This document shows, in pieces, positions 12,203 to 25,815 of a DNA stretch of 64,000 nucleotides (position 1 is the first letter of the stretch; each line of letters begins with the position of its first letter). The notes beneath the pieces are model-generated. The model was not told the DNA's origin and searched no databases. It saw only the letters and a program-made list of their open reading frames with translations. The stretch comes from Octopus sinensis (taxonomy: Eukaryota), in the NCBI RefSeq assembly GCF_006345805.1, contig NC_043015.1, positions 11,904,001-11,968,000 on the forward strand, written 5' to 3'. The position numbers and the translations under genes are program-made.

Positions 12203-12500
12203 TATAACGGGAAGCTTTATGAAAATAAACAAAAGACGAAGGCAGGTGGAAAACAAACGAACAATTGTATTAGTATGGCGCTCAGGAAATATAAATAAAA
12301 CAGTCTTAACGTTTCGAGCCTACGCTCTTCAACAGAAAGATCACAGAGAGAGAAAAACACAGAAAGAAGGAAAGAAAAAAATGCGTGCAGTAGCTAACGA
12401 TCAACATGGCGATCTGATTTCGGCCAGAGGTCAAAGATCAAACATGTACGCGAGAGCGAAATAAGGGGAGATAATAGGGTTGATAAACGGGTTGAGGGAC
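12203..12500 (-). mobile_element. Penelope pLTR-like repeat with an HHR-like fold at 12304-12340 (core CTGTTGA)
   Basis: Minus strand reads TCTTT CTGTTGA A GAGC-GTAG-GCTC GAAA CG TT AAGA. The element starts at a (TA)n tract. Confidence 0.55.
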
Positions 12501-12508
12501 CAGCTAAT

Positions 12509-12845
12509 AGTGCGTAGGAGGGTCTGGATGTGTGTATGTATAGGGTTGGTGTATGTATTAGTATGTATAAGGGTGTGTGTGTGTGTGTGTGTGTGTGTAT
12601 GAGAGAGTATTAGTGCGTAGGATTGGTCTGGACGTGCGTATGTATGGGTTTGGTGTATGTATTAGTATGTATTAGTATGTATTAGTACGTATTGGTATGT
12701 TAAGTGTGTGTGTGTGTGTTGAGAGAGTATAAGTGCGTATGCGGGTCTGGACGTGTGTATGTATAGGGTTGGTGTTGTATTAGTATTAGTATGTACTATG
12801 TTTAGTACGTATTAGTATGTATTAGTTGGTGTGTGTATTAGTATG
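12509..12845. repeat. Three degenerate ~100-120 bp tandem units (agtgcgta...ggtctgga.gtg.gtatgtat.gggttggtgt...)
   Basis: Unit starts near 12509, 12611 and 12731. Confidence 0.75.
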
Positions 12846-12879
12846 GCACATCATATGTGATGTGATGTGTAAAGTCATG

Positions 12880-13075
12880 TGGTGTAGTGAGGAGAAGAGG
12901 GGGAGGGGGAGAAGGGAGGGGAAGAAGAGGTGGAGGGAAGAGAGGGAGGAGAGGGGAAGAGGAGAGGATGGGGGAGGAGGGGATGAAGGAGGAGGAAAAG
13001 AGGAGAGGAGAGAGAGAAGGGGAGAAGGGAGTAGGGAGCAGAGGGAAGGGGAAGAGGGAGGGAGAAAGAGATATA
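12880..13075. repeat. Polypurine (GA-rich) low-complexity tract
   Basis: Direct reading. Confidence 0.9.
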
Positions 13076-14308
13076 TAGTATGTATGCATATATGTATAAA
13101 TATGTATATATGTGTGTATATATATATACATATGTATATATATATGTATATATATATATATAATTTTAATCTAACTTAAGTAACTCAACTTAAATCAAAT
13201 AAGTTACTAATACTTCATAATTCTATTATAAATTTAAATAAGTAATGCTACTCCCTTAAAAATAGTATAAGGAATTTTCACTATGATTTTCACTATTTTT
13301 TTTAATAAGCAATACTCTCACACCTTTTAATTGACCTCTAGGTATAGACCTAAGTCTGTCATTGTATAAATAGTAACAATAATAAATAAATTAATTAAAT
13401 GACCTCCTTTCTAGTATTGCACTTAACTCTCTTAATGTATTTTCCTCTATTGATAGCCTTTGACCCCTTTATTACTTTCCCTTGTTCTCTTTATATTCTT
13501 ATATCTGCTTTAGCTCTGTAGGATTGGCAATTAACAGCTGTAACTGGTCAAAAGTAATGGTCTCTTTTATAAATCTCAGATTCCTGCAAATCTAAGCCAG
13601 ACTTTCTCTCTCCACAGAAATAGAATATTCTGTGTAGGTGAGTACTTACAACCCTTTCCTCCCAGTTATCCCATAATGCCCTGTGTGGGCGGTTTTTTCT
13701 GCTCCACTAAATTCCTTTAGCCATTATAATTCTAACATAGTAGTTTTGTGAAATGAACAGAAGTGTGATCAGTATATTTTCATATATCAGGAAATTATAC
13801 CCACTTTATTATGGATAAATAATGGATAAATTCATCGTCTCTGAGTATGAAATATCTCCTCATATCTCCGGAAATTACACCTACATTATCATGAATGGAT
13901 TTACCTTTTCTGTGAAGCTAACAAGCTTTTTTAAAACCTTTTAGAAAACTGTGCATCATTAGAGAACTTTGGAAGTCTGCTTACAATCTAAATTTGCTTT
14001 TTATAAAACTCTCTTCGATACTTCATGAGTGTAGCCTCACCCACTAGGATGTTTGGAGAACTCATATGTATTTTGGCTGATGAGTACGGGACACTTGTAT
14101 TTGCTGCAATATCTGCAGCTTTTAATAAAGCTGTTCTTCGTATGAAACAATTGTACTGAAAAACTAATCCATTCTTGTTGCTTTTTTCTTGTTTATAATC
14201 ACCCCACATTATTTTATGGTTAATACCATATAAATTTCTGGTGCATCTAAGTTAAGTAAAGCATTCTTGTGAATTCATTGGAACTCACTTGAATCTTAAT
14301 TGCTTTTA

Positions 14309-14403
<95 letters not shown>

Positions 14404-14750
14404 GGATGGACGTACTTACAGTAACGTTAATGATATTCGCACCGTTAAAGCCAATAACTGGGAAAGTCACAAGCAAGGAGGGGATGAAGGACTGGGAGTT
14501 GAACGGAGCCTAATCTCCTGCACAAAACAAAGATAACGAAAGGAGAAAAGACAAGTTGAGCTGGAATGTCTAAATGGGGATACCATGATCCCAGCAAGCT
14601 GTAAGGAGCAAAGAAAATTTAAGTAACAGTAGAAAAGGTAGGTAGAAACGTCAGCGCACCGCTCGCCCTCAGGTTGTGCGTATGTGCGAGTGATTTTATA
14701 TTAATCACTCCGGATTGCTCTTTCTTCAATATTCTTGATACAGCCTAAGA

Positions 14751-14810
<60 letters not shown>

Positions 14811-15117
14811 ATTATATATATTATATTATATTATATTATATTATATTATATTATATTATATCATATCATATCATATTATTATATTACTTACACACATAGA
14901 CACAAGATACTACGTATAGGTATATTCATGCAAACAGGAGAAGAACTCCTAATATGAATGTATGTATATTTCTACTGATATTTAGCAGAAGCAAATGAGT
15001 GACTCAAGGGCTGAGAGTTTCGTGCGTTGGCACTTATCAAACTAGTGTGTATGTGTGAGAGAGTGTGCGTGTGTGTGTATACATCTCTATGTATATATGC
15101 GTCAGAGTTTCTGTATC

Positions 15118-15166
<49 letters not shown>

Positions 15167-17208
15167 TTCATCGCTTTTTCATAGCCTTGAGATGAACTAA
15201 ATGGGATCAGAAAATAAATTTACACCGTCTTCAGACAGTGTAAATTTTGCTTTGTGTCAGACAAATGAATTAGTTTAAAATTTATAGTACTCTCTCTCTA
15301 CCTCTTTCTCTTTTTCTCTTGTTCTTACACTCCCTCCCTCTTTCTCTCTTTCCATCACCTATCTCTTTCTCTCTCGCTCTCTCTCTCAATCTCTCTCTCT
15401 AACTACCTCTCTCATACAATGGAAGACAATAATATCAACAATGTTATAACGACGTTTAGTAGCTTGTAGATAGTTTACTTTGAGAGATCATTGACGCCTA
15501 ACACTTTTACAGAATGGCAATATCTATTATTTGCGCAAATTTCTTTGAAGTAAGTGATTTGATTCTATCTTTTACTTTCTTCTTTGCTTCCCCCCTCTCC
15601 CCACACACACGTTTTACAGTCGTGAAAACATCTGATTTACAAAAATGTAATATTATTGCTAAAAGTGGAGAAAAACGGTAATTGAAACGTGAAATAAAAC
15701 GAAAACTAATATCACAAGATGTCAAATCTGTGTTAAAATGTTGATGTAAACAATATAATTAGTTTCGTTTTTTTTTAACTCTCCCGGTTGTGTTATCGAA
15801 AGCTTATATTATATTTTATAATTTAGTATAGTCTTTATCACACGCCAAAACATTACACAACTACAATACACTGTACAACAGCAGTACAATAGATTCTATC
15901 ACTCGTGTTACACGGAAACAAACGCAACATGGTTGATATCACATTTCATTAGATTTTTTCATCCTAACCACTAAATCAAGCTCTGCACTACGTCTCTGAT
16001 GATAATGCATAACTATCGATGTCTAAAGAACAGTTCTCAGAACATTAATAAGTTCGATAGCCGTGACGAATGCAAATCTTGACGTTTCGGTGTCATGCCC
16101 TTCGACAGAGAGTAGAGTACGCTGCTCTTTGTTTAAAACGGCAACATTAGACGATCCAATTTCACGGCAATCATTTGACTGTTTACTTTCTTATAATCTT
16201 GCTTTAGATTAATTGTTGCTGACTGTGAGATTCACCAGTCTTCTTGGATCCAGAAATAAACTCAATCAATAGATAGATTCATTTAGATGAAAATACATGT
16301 TTCATAAAGCAGACTAATGATTAAGTGTGTTCTAGTCATTAATGATTAATCACATTCCTGTTTTTAGGGATGTATCTAACACTACATATTTTAATGGATT
16401 TTTTTTCCTTACTGATGTTAGTAGTATCTAATTTTAGGGAGACTTGACTGATATTTCTAACGGTTGAAGACTCCAGAGATTACAGTGTAACGCAGCTTAT
16501 TATCAAAGGGAGTAACTGGACCATTCTTTCTTACGTTAATGTGACTGATCTGATTTAAAATCTCATTGTTCGTTTGAATCATAGATAGTCGCAGATTTAG
16601 GTAGAACCCACCCAGTTAGACAGAAGTAGGGATCAATAAAGTAATTAGGATTCATAAATTGATGAATCTAAGCTCATCAAGTGGATTAGATAGAGTTCAA
16701 TGAGGTAAATAAAGCTCAATAAGTTAGTTTGAGCTAGGCAACGTAATTAAAGCTCAAGGAGTTGTCACGGATCGCAGTACTTACAATTCATCTCATGAAG
16801 AGCAATCGTATTGAGTTAAACTCCTTCCCAGCCATATTCAGCAGGAAAAACAAGAGATTTTTGACATCAAATTAGCAGCATCGTTTATATGCTATCATAC
16901 GACAGTCTCAGTATTTAACTGATTTCTAAAAGATTCATTAATATCCAGAACAATTCTATTGAACCAATTGAAACCTAACACCAATAACTTCTTCCATATT
17001 GTGACTTCAAAACATTTCTTTTGTTACCATTAAACCTCCGCTATCTACGAACGATTAAAAGTAAACCTAGAGAGGAATTAACTGATATTTCCAAGATTGT
17101 GTACGTGTGTGCAGTGCGTGTACGTGTATACGGTGAGTGTGCGCGGTGCGTTTGCGTGTATCTGTGTTTCTGCTACAATATTCAGTGGTGCAATAGTTCT
17201 AATAATTC

Positions 17209-17346
17209 GGTTCTATATTTAAAAGATGAGGAATTATGTAGATTATTTATATTATTTTCATTATTTAGATTTGACGGATATCTGTCCTCATCTTGTTTGT
17301 TGTTAACACAACGTTTCGGCTGATATACCCCCCCCCCCCAGCCTTC
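17209..17346 (-). mobile_element. Inverted 3' pseudo-LTR fragment of a Penelope-like element
   Basis: Matches 59401-59522. It ends inside the HHR core and is fused directly to Penelope RT sequence of opposite polarity. Confidence 0.8.
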
Positions 17347-18150
17347 AACGAAATCAAAGAGAGGTTATCTTCTTTACTTGGGAAAATAATCAGAGATGAT
17401 GATAGAAAGAGAATCCAACAAGATCTAGAAAAGTCGTACATGAAAGAATATGAAATGGTGAAGACACGCCAGATTAAGAAGTTTATGAAACTCAAAGGTC
17501 AGAGAATGAAGACTGAAATTCGTCACCCACCTGTGAATGCAGTAATTAATGTAAGTAGCCAACATCTAGAAAGCTTTGAAGAAGCAATACTGAACAAAGG
17601 TCTCAACTTTGCGACAACCATCAAGCGTATTCCATACTTGGACATAATAGCCCCTATTGAAGAGATAGCCATAAACATACCAAAAGCTCTGGGAGATGAA
17701 CTAAGGAGGAAAGTGAGGCAGGTACTAGAAAAAGCAAAACTTCCTAAACCAAACATCACCAAGGAAGAAAAGTTAGCTATCAAAAGTGACAATTCCATCA
17801 TAATACTGCCTGCGGACAAAGGAAATGCTACAGTGGTGATGAAAAACTACTGTGAAAAATTGGCCAAGTCTTATAAGTGATGGTAGCTACAGCAAAGAAA
17901 AGAAATACTTAACTCTGAAAACAGAGAGGAAGTTATCACAGATCTTGATCAAGAACAAGGATCACTTTACACCAATGAAGTACAGACAACTGACTCAACA
18001 CCACAGTAAACTACCACACATGTAGGGTCTCCCTAAGATCGCAAGGGTGGTATTCTATTAAGACCTATAGTGAGGTGTAGAGGTTCAGCATGTCATCCAC
18101 TGAGCCGCTTCCTTGCGGATGTAATCTGTCCATTAGCAGTAAAGTCAACG
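17347..18150 (+). pseudogene. Penelope-like element reverse transcriptase, N-terminal fragment (frameshifted)
   Basis: VINVSS...ILNKGLNFATTIKRIP...KPNITKEE...IIILPADKGNATVVM, then by frameshift LPHM*GLPKI..GILLRPIVRCRGSACHPLSRFL. These are hallmark Penelope RT motifs. Confidence 0.9.
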
Positions 18151-19794
18151 TAAGTCCACAGCGATGTGATGGCTTGTCTCCACCAGAAACCCAGCGGGGC
18201 GCATGCTCCTTGTTGGGCCTTCCGTGCTGAACAAGTCAAATGATAAAGACTAGGATAATATGAACCACCCCTTCTCAGAGATAAAAATTGTTTTGCATAA
18301 AGTCAATATCCCTACCTATATAAAAGCAAAATCACAGAAGCCTAGATAACAATTCAAAACCAACAAGAACTGGAAAAGAAAGGCCTACTCGCAAAGAAAC
18401 ATATGACTCGGTGCAGCATAATCCTAAAGGAAGATGCAAGGGAAACACGGGGATCCAAGAGGAAAGTCGGAAACAGCTTATGCTCCGCTTAAGCTAAGTA
18501 AGAGAACTCCGGCGCTTAAGTAACGAAAATAGTAATAAACAAGTTGGGAATGAGTCTCGTATTTGATTTAATATACGATCACAAGTTCTGATTTGTTTTG
18601 CCTTCATTAAACATCTTTAGTCAAGCACAGTAAAATCCTAACTACCAAATGACTCTATAGCAGAGTATTAGTATAAAAATAATTTACTGATGAGATAATT
18701 TAGAATAACGACATTGGAAAATTTCCAAAGGTCGTCTTCGTGGAGACTGTGTAGTTAAGCGTAGGCTAACGAAATTAATGATCTGAATTATTAATCAATT
18801 ATAGATTTGTCTACGTAACAGACTTAATATTATTATGTATGCCTATGATGTCCATGTCTGATTTTGACTTTCATTATGGATTAAATTTTGCCGACGCAGA
18901 TCATCCCCCTCCCCATAGTTTCTTTGGTTTCAAGACTTAACCTTATAAATAATATTAGATATAAAATACGAAACGAAAAACTGTACCGTTTTTAATAAAT
19001 TGATTGTAAAACAGAAGTACGCACGTTTGATTTATTTCACCAAAATTATTGAGAACAACAACTATTTCTTTCAATTAGTAATTCTGATCAGAAAAAACAC
19101 TAGGGGGTAATTAGATATGGAATGCAGTGGAAGAATGTGCCTGTTTTAGCAATAAAACTAGAATTACAATGACTTGCTTATTCATTCTTAATAAATTCCG
19201 GTGGATTCGAACGTGAACATGATAATCGCTGATGTGTTCGTCAAGAAACAGCTTCTCTTTTGCGAGGAATATCTGTTAATAACAGAACTGATTCATTAGT
19301 GCAAGGGACTCTGGAGCATGCGATGTTTCGACATCGTCGTGGCCCGTCAGCCAGAAGCACACTCGGGCCATTAAATGTAAAAGAGCCGACGATCTTGTTT
19401 ATAATTCTGTGTGATATCTGCTATCGTCATCATTTGGATCTCGTTGTTCTCTGAGCATAGGCCATTTGTTAACTCAGGAATTATTTTGGTTCTATTACAT
19501 CTCTTAAGCAAATCATAACTTAATAGTTACTGTAGATCTTAGCATGACGTGGGAAGTATTTAGATCAATACAATAATATAATTACTTGAAGGAGTAATTT
19601 TAAGAAAATACCGAACGTCATTCGTCCCTATTATATCCCATCGTTAGTTTTAGTCAGAATTTCGCAGTTTTCTCCTACAGCTTTCCTGACCATAATTAAT
19701 CTTTCTTAGAAATGACTAGTCCTTTTAATCCTCCTTGACAAGTGCCTTACGACTCACATAACCGGAGCTTAACACGGTTTCTCTGTCAAATAAG

Positions 19795-19978
19795 TAACTG
19801 TTATTACAACATTCCCCCACCCCTAAACGGAACGCCAGTCCGCCGCAGAGTTAACCTTCTTGCTGTTCCTGATACTCATTGCAGCTGAATGGGATGGAGC
19901 AACGCGAAATGAAATGTTTCGCTAAAGAGCACAATGGACATCCCAGTCCGGGAACTGAAACCACCTACTAAGCCACTC
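19795..19978 (-). mobile_element. Degenerate SINE of a fourth family (cagctga...ggagcaacg.gaaatgaa core)
   Basis: The central motif is shared in reverse with 26275-26375. Confidence 0.55.
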
Positions 19979-19996
19979 GCTTTCATAATTCAATAA

Positions 19997-20180
19997 CCGA
20001 TTTCAAATTTTGGCTCAAGGCCAGCAACTTGGGGAGAGAGGCTAACTTGAAGGATCGACCCCACTGCTCAACTGGTACTTATTTTTTCGATCCCGAAAAG
20101 CAAAGTTGATCTTGGCGAAATTAGAACTCAGAGCATGAAGATAGACGGAATGCTGCCGATTCTGCCAGCTCGCCACCTTT
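19997..20180 (-). mobile_element. SINE family C
   Basis: Head aaggtggcgagctggcagaatc. Flanking direct repeat ctttcataattc at 19980-19991 and 20177-20188. Confidence 0.8.
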
Positions 20181-20637
20181 CATAATTCTATTATTAAAAA
20201 GTATTATTTCAAATCATTAAAATTCAAATTCATTTTATTACTTCCTCAAATATACTAGCATCCACTTTGCTTTTTAAGTTTTCTTGCAGCTGGTATCCCA
20301 AAGTATTTTCCTCCGCTCATTCTTCTTTAATTCATTGAATGAAATATCCTATTTCTCTGTGTGGTTTCTCTAAAACTATTCTTTTCGGTCGTTCATAAAG
20401 AAACAGAACAACAATTGCGTTTCTTACTAAGAATATTTCAGATGGTCCTATACAATTGAATTATCACGTTTCTTGTCAGATCACAAGTCCATTTAAACTC
20501 AGGTATTAAGCTGTCTCTAATCAATAAATGTCGACAAACCAACAGATTACCTCATGTATATGTTTCTTAATTTCTTTTGTACATTTTCTTTATGGTATTC
20601 TCACATTCTCGCTAATACTCAATGTCCTTCCTCTTTC

Positions 20638-20640
<3 letters not shown>

Positions 20641-20698
<58 letters not shown>

Positions 20699-20884
20699 CT
20701 ATGTCTCCCTGTTTAGCTCACAAACCCAATCCACTTTTTCTTTTTTATTCCTCACGCATTTTCACTACCGCATCTATCACCGACACTACTGCCATCTTCT
20801 TCGCTTACACAACTCTATCCGACATTTTCCTTTCTTTTATAAATTCTCTCCCACTCTCCTTCCCTCTCTCTCTCCCTCACTCCT

Positions 20885-20939
<55 letters not shown>

Positions 20940-21179
20940 TATCAACGGCATTGGCATTTCTCCAAATGTTCTCAACCTTCTTTGGCTAATTTATTTTACG
21001 TCTTGCCAACTCTCTCATTATTCACCAATCTCCTCCACTCTTATGCCTCCTTCCAATCTGCTGTCGCTCTCTCTTCTCTCTCTCTCTCCTCTCTCTCTCT
21101 CGCTCGTTTTCCCCTCTCTTCCCTATATATATATTTCTTTGTATATGCATCTTCTGTGTCACTTTCCTTCTCTCTCTCA

Positions 21180-21240
<61 letters not shown>

Positions 21241-21302
21241 ACCGGGTTTGTATATATATATATTATATAATATGTGCGTGCGTGTGTGCCTGTATGATTA
21301 CT

Positions 21303-21357
<55 letters not shown>

Positions 21358-21541
21358 GCGTGTGTGTGTTCGTGTCTGTATTATGTATGCATGTAGATAT
21401 ATACATACACATGCAAGTGTCTCTCTTCGTCTATTGCTCTTTTATTACTTATGTACCTTTCTATGTGTCTCTCCCTCATTAATTCTCCTTTTGTCTTCTT
21501 TCTTTCTCTCTGTTTGTCTGTCTCTCTCTCCCTTTCTCTCC

Positions 21542-21572
<31 letters not shown>

Positions 21573-22136
21573 ATTCGGTTGTATTCGTCTCATTCTTTTA
21601 CCTCATTCCACACTCTCTAATTCTACGTTCTTCCATTCGAAAACACACACACACACACACAAACAAACAAACACCGTCGTATTTATGTGTTGTTACGTTT
21701 GTTATGCACCTACGTCGGTATTATCCCCAATTACTCTTTTTTTCTACAAATCTATTTTCTTACACCCAGCCTACATCTTGTACAAGGCATAAACACGCAG
21801 ACACACACACATATATACACAACCCTACATCAACACACACACACATTCACAAAGATACTTATACACGCACACCCATTCGCAAGCATACATATACACGCAC
21901 ACACATACACGCGCACTCAAAGAGACGACAAAGATATACACGTATACAAAAGCACCCAGACATACACATGCATACATAAACACTCTTCAGCATAGACATA
22001 CATGCACAAATACATATTCAAACATACACCCATTAATACCCACGCATATATACACACATAGCAAGCACACATATACATAGATGCATACATACAGACATAC
22101 ATACATATGTACAAAACACACAAAGCATATATATAT

Positions 22137-22182
<46 letters not shown>

Positions 22183-22185
22183 GCA
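20641..22185. repeat. Mosaic of (GT)n, (CT)n, (TA)n and (CA)n-rich low-complexity DNA
   Basis: Direct reading; source of the long spurious ORFs at 20554-22190. Confidence 0.85.
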
Positions 22186-22799
22186 CACACACATCATATA
22201 ATCGCGTGTTGTTTTTTCTCTGCTACCTTACCCTGGTTTAATACTGTCCTCTGAACACAATTTTCGTATAATTCTGTTTGTTTACATTCACTTAACTGAT
22301 TAAACTAAATGAAATACACGACTGTTATTCTATTTTAACATAGAATCTTCAACTTTAATAACAACCCTGCTTAGGTGAGAGATCAACAGACAGATTCAGA
22401 GCAAAAATACAATTAGTTGCTGTTAGCTTTCAGATAAATAATTTTAGAAGACATCTTCACTTGAGTCAGAACAGAAATCTTGTACAAGTAACATGCTTCT
22501 TAATCATGGCAGCTGCGATTATAAACAAAGTAAAATTCAGAATTTTTTCTTTCTTCATAATTTATATATTGGCCGTTGTCTATTTACTATGTAGTGGTGA
22601 CTGAAAATAAAATCTATAAATTCTATAGTACGGTATAGCATTGATATTGACGATATTGACGTAAAATGCTCTTGAGAGTTCTTTTGGTCCTCTGATACAC
22701 ACTTCCTTTTATAAAATTATCTAAATTAAAACTTTACATCGAAATTTCATGTTAATTTATGCTTCCAGACAGTAGCAATAATGGCTTATAATTTAGTGA

Positions 22800-23610
22800 C
22801 AATTCCAATAATGTTAAGAATAGGAAGGGAGTTAGTAGTCGATACCATTGACCTCAGTACTTGACATGTAATTCCATTTCAACGACCACCTAAGGGGTAG
22901 AAGGCACAGTTGCCCCCGTGATTTTTGAATTCAGATTCGACCTGCTTGCCATTCTCCAAATCACCACCATAAAAATCGTTTCTGCTATAGGTAGAAGGTG
23001 TGAAATTTGGGGCAAAGGGGTTAGTCGATTACATCAACTCCAGTGTTCGACCCCCGAAATAATGAAATGCAAAGTTGACCTTGCCTGAATAGGAAAACAC
23101 AACGTAAAGACGGAGGAAATGTCGAAAAGAATTTTGTCCGGCATGCAAACAATTCTGCCAGGTTTTCCATCCTTAAAATCACTATCATAGTAACCCTTTC
23201 TGCTGTAGGCACAAGGCCTGAAATTTTCGGGGTTGGGACTAGTCAATTACATTGACCCCCAGCGTTTCACTGATACTTAATTTATCGACCCCGAAAGAAT
23301 AAAAGGCAAAGTCGACCTCGGCGGAATTTGAACTCAGAACGTAGCAGCAAACGAAACACCGCAAAGCATTTCGCCCGGCGTGCTAACGATTCTGCCAGCT
23401 CGCTGTCTTCATCACTATCATAATACCAGTTTCACATATTGGCACAAGTCCGGCAATTTGGGGGTAAGCCACTCCAGTGGTCAACTGATATTTCTTTTAT
23501 AGACCCAAAGAGGATGAAATGCAAAGTTGGCCCCGGCTGAATTAGAAGTCACAACATAAAGACAGATGAAATGCCAAACTCGCTATTCTCGAAACCACTA
23601 CCATAATAAT
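22800..23610 (-). mobile_element. Four head-to-tail SINE family C-like copies (~210-bp period); best preserved at 23203-23409
   Basis: gaaag-atgaaa-gcaaagt-gacct and aatttgaactcag cores recur. Each unit is followed on the plus strand by a cac(t/c)a(t/c)cata motif. Confidence 0.7.
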
Positions 23611-25074
23611 GACAAAGGTATTTTATTAAAATTCTTCTTTATTTTCTAAATTAAATTACACAAAAACATAGTATTTCGATTTGGTAGTTATAGCCCATAA
23701 AAGTGAATGCATTTATGTATGTTTCAAATTTGAGATTTGTAATTCTCGAACTTTTTCGGGTTGTCGGGCCCTTAACACCCGGTCCACATTCCTAGCAGCC
23801 TCCCCCGCCATCACTTCATACATAGAGCACTTTCTGCAGCAAATCCCCTGACTTTTCTTGAATGACCCCATCACCACTACTGAATCTGTCCACTGCTCCC
23901 AAAGGAGCAGTGCTGCACTATTTTCCAAACGACTGTTTTAGATCATAGTTTTGTACCTAAGTAGTCGAAATTTTACGTAGGGGTACATCTTTTTCCAGGA
24001 TCTTGTCTGAGACTTTTTCAGTATTTTTTCTTTAATTCCACTAAACTCATCACGTTAAAAAGAAAAGGTAAATTATATTAAAGCATTCCAAATATAATTG
24101 AAACACCTTGCGTGTTTCAATTACACAATACGTCAACCCTGTCCTGGAATATTGCATTTTCCCAAGTACTGCAACATACAATAAAATGTTACTGATTTGA
24201 AAAATAATTCGTAAAGAGTAATTATGTAAATTGTTCAAGTATTTTTACTACAAAAATGTAGTCGGAGACAATGAAAAGAAAATACATGAATATAATTTTA
24301 TTAAAGGCTGTATATTTGTTTATTTTATACTATATTTCTTTTTCCGTGTCATTTTATGACGGCCAACTTGAATTGTTTTCCTAGATGTTTGAATACAACA
24401 CATCTGAATAAATCTACATTCCCCGACCAAATGAAGTTTGTCACTATGTTTTGAATTAACAAACCCGGGCAAGGCTGGGTATGTTAAATGCAATACGACA
24501 TAAATTCCTGATTTATCACAATTGAGCGAGGGTCATAATTAGGAAATGGCAATTCTGACCAGGTCCAAACGAGAAGGGGAGATAATCTCAAGAATCAAAC
24601 ATTCCTCAAAGCTAACATGCCATTAAGGAAATGGATAGAGATATCGGGTAAAAGGACAGTCGTACACATCTGTTTCTACTTGAATCGGCGTCAACAGCAC
24701 GACAATTGTACAACCTTGTCTCTACTAGCTAAGGGACTTAGACATATACAAAATAAGGAGAACACTTCTACTTTATGAGTATGCTCACTGGTGTTCTTGT
24801 TCTTGTTATTGTTCCTCATACTGCTGCCAATGTTACTATTGATTTGACTGACCTATACTCAAAGACATTCGATGCATGAAAACCTTCCTGCCTTCTTTTT
24901 TAATATAATATATCTGGCACAAAATTTCCAGTGCGTCCTTCTTTATTAAAACAGCAGAGGGGATGATTTGTTGGATATTAAACAGATATGCTTAGAGGGG
25001 CAATATACCACATACTGAGCCCCTAGTTCGACTATGTCGAATTGAAGACAAACCTAAGTCATAATAAAGCCTTC

Positions 25075-25440
25075 TACTATAGGCAAAAGATTGAAATTTG
25101 GCGGGAGGAAGGGACTAGTCGATGACATCGATTCTAGCGCTCAAGTGGGGCTTATCATCGAAAGAGATGAAAGGCAATATTGACATCGGCAAAATTTGAA
25201 TTCAAAACGTAAAGAAAGACTAAACACCAAGAAGCAATGTGTCCGGCGTGCTAATGATCTTGCTGGCACGCCTCCGTGAAATTAAGTCGTGATAGCGGTT
25301 ACAAATTTTGGCATAAAATCAGTAGCTTCGGGGATGGGGCTAAGTGATCAACTGGTACATATTTGATAGAAACTGAAAGGATGAAAGGCAAAGTCGACCT
25401 CGGCGGAATTTGAACTCAGAACGTGAAGACAGACAAAATC
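25075..25440 (-). mobile_element. Two degenerate tandem SINE family C copies
   Basis: ggatgaaaggcaaagtcgacctcggcggaatttgaactcagaacgt core. Confidence 0.7.
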
Positions 25441-25734
25441 AAGTCGAAATAATAATGATATAAATTATAATTTCTTATGTGGAATGAATATGTGTGTTTG
25501 TATCGAAAGGCTTGTCTCCATCACACACACACACACACCACACACACACACTCATTGTTTGATATCCGGTTTTGATTTGTTTAAGAGTCCCGTAACTTGG
25601 CGATTCAGCAAATAAAAATGAGATCGATAAAATAAGTACTGAGTTTGATTTCTTTGACTAAACTTATCAAACTAAAAGGAGGAGGTAAGTTATATAAAAG
25701 TATTCCGAATATAATTTGCAAATAAAACGGGGCG

Positions 25735-25815
25735 GGTCGAGTTGCTCGATTAAAGGCGGTGCTCCAGCATGGCCGCAGTCAAAATGACTGAAACAAGTAA
25801 AAAGAGAAAAAAGAG
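25735..25815 (+). mobile_element. 3' fragment of SINE family A
   Basis: gggtcgagttgctcgattaaaggcggtgctccagcatggccgcagtc matches 1143-1190 exactly. Confidence 0.85.

Noticed and set aside
13599-13632. 20-nt micro-exon candidate (ctctctccacag|...|gtgagt) and an opposite-strand donor
   Set aside because: Good splice signals occur by chance in 64 kb and I found no partner exons. The surrounding 13.4-14.2 kb looks like unassigned decayed coding DNA.
14620-14665. GAAACGTC motif
   Set aside because: No upstream CUGANGA or helix II.
22330-22560. Short exon- or signal-peptide-like segments
   Set aside because: Joining the candidate splice sites gives an immediate stop codon.
24462-24485. Helitron-like 3' hairpin acccgggcaaggctgggt
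   Set aside because: The stem is imperfect, no CTRR terminus follows, and there is no matching 5' end.
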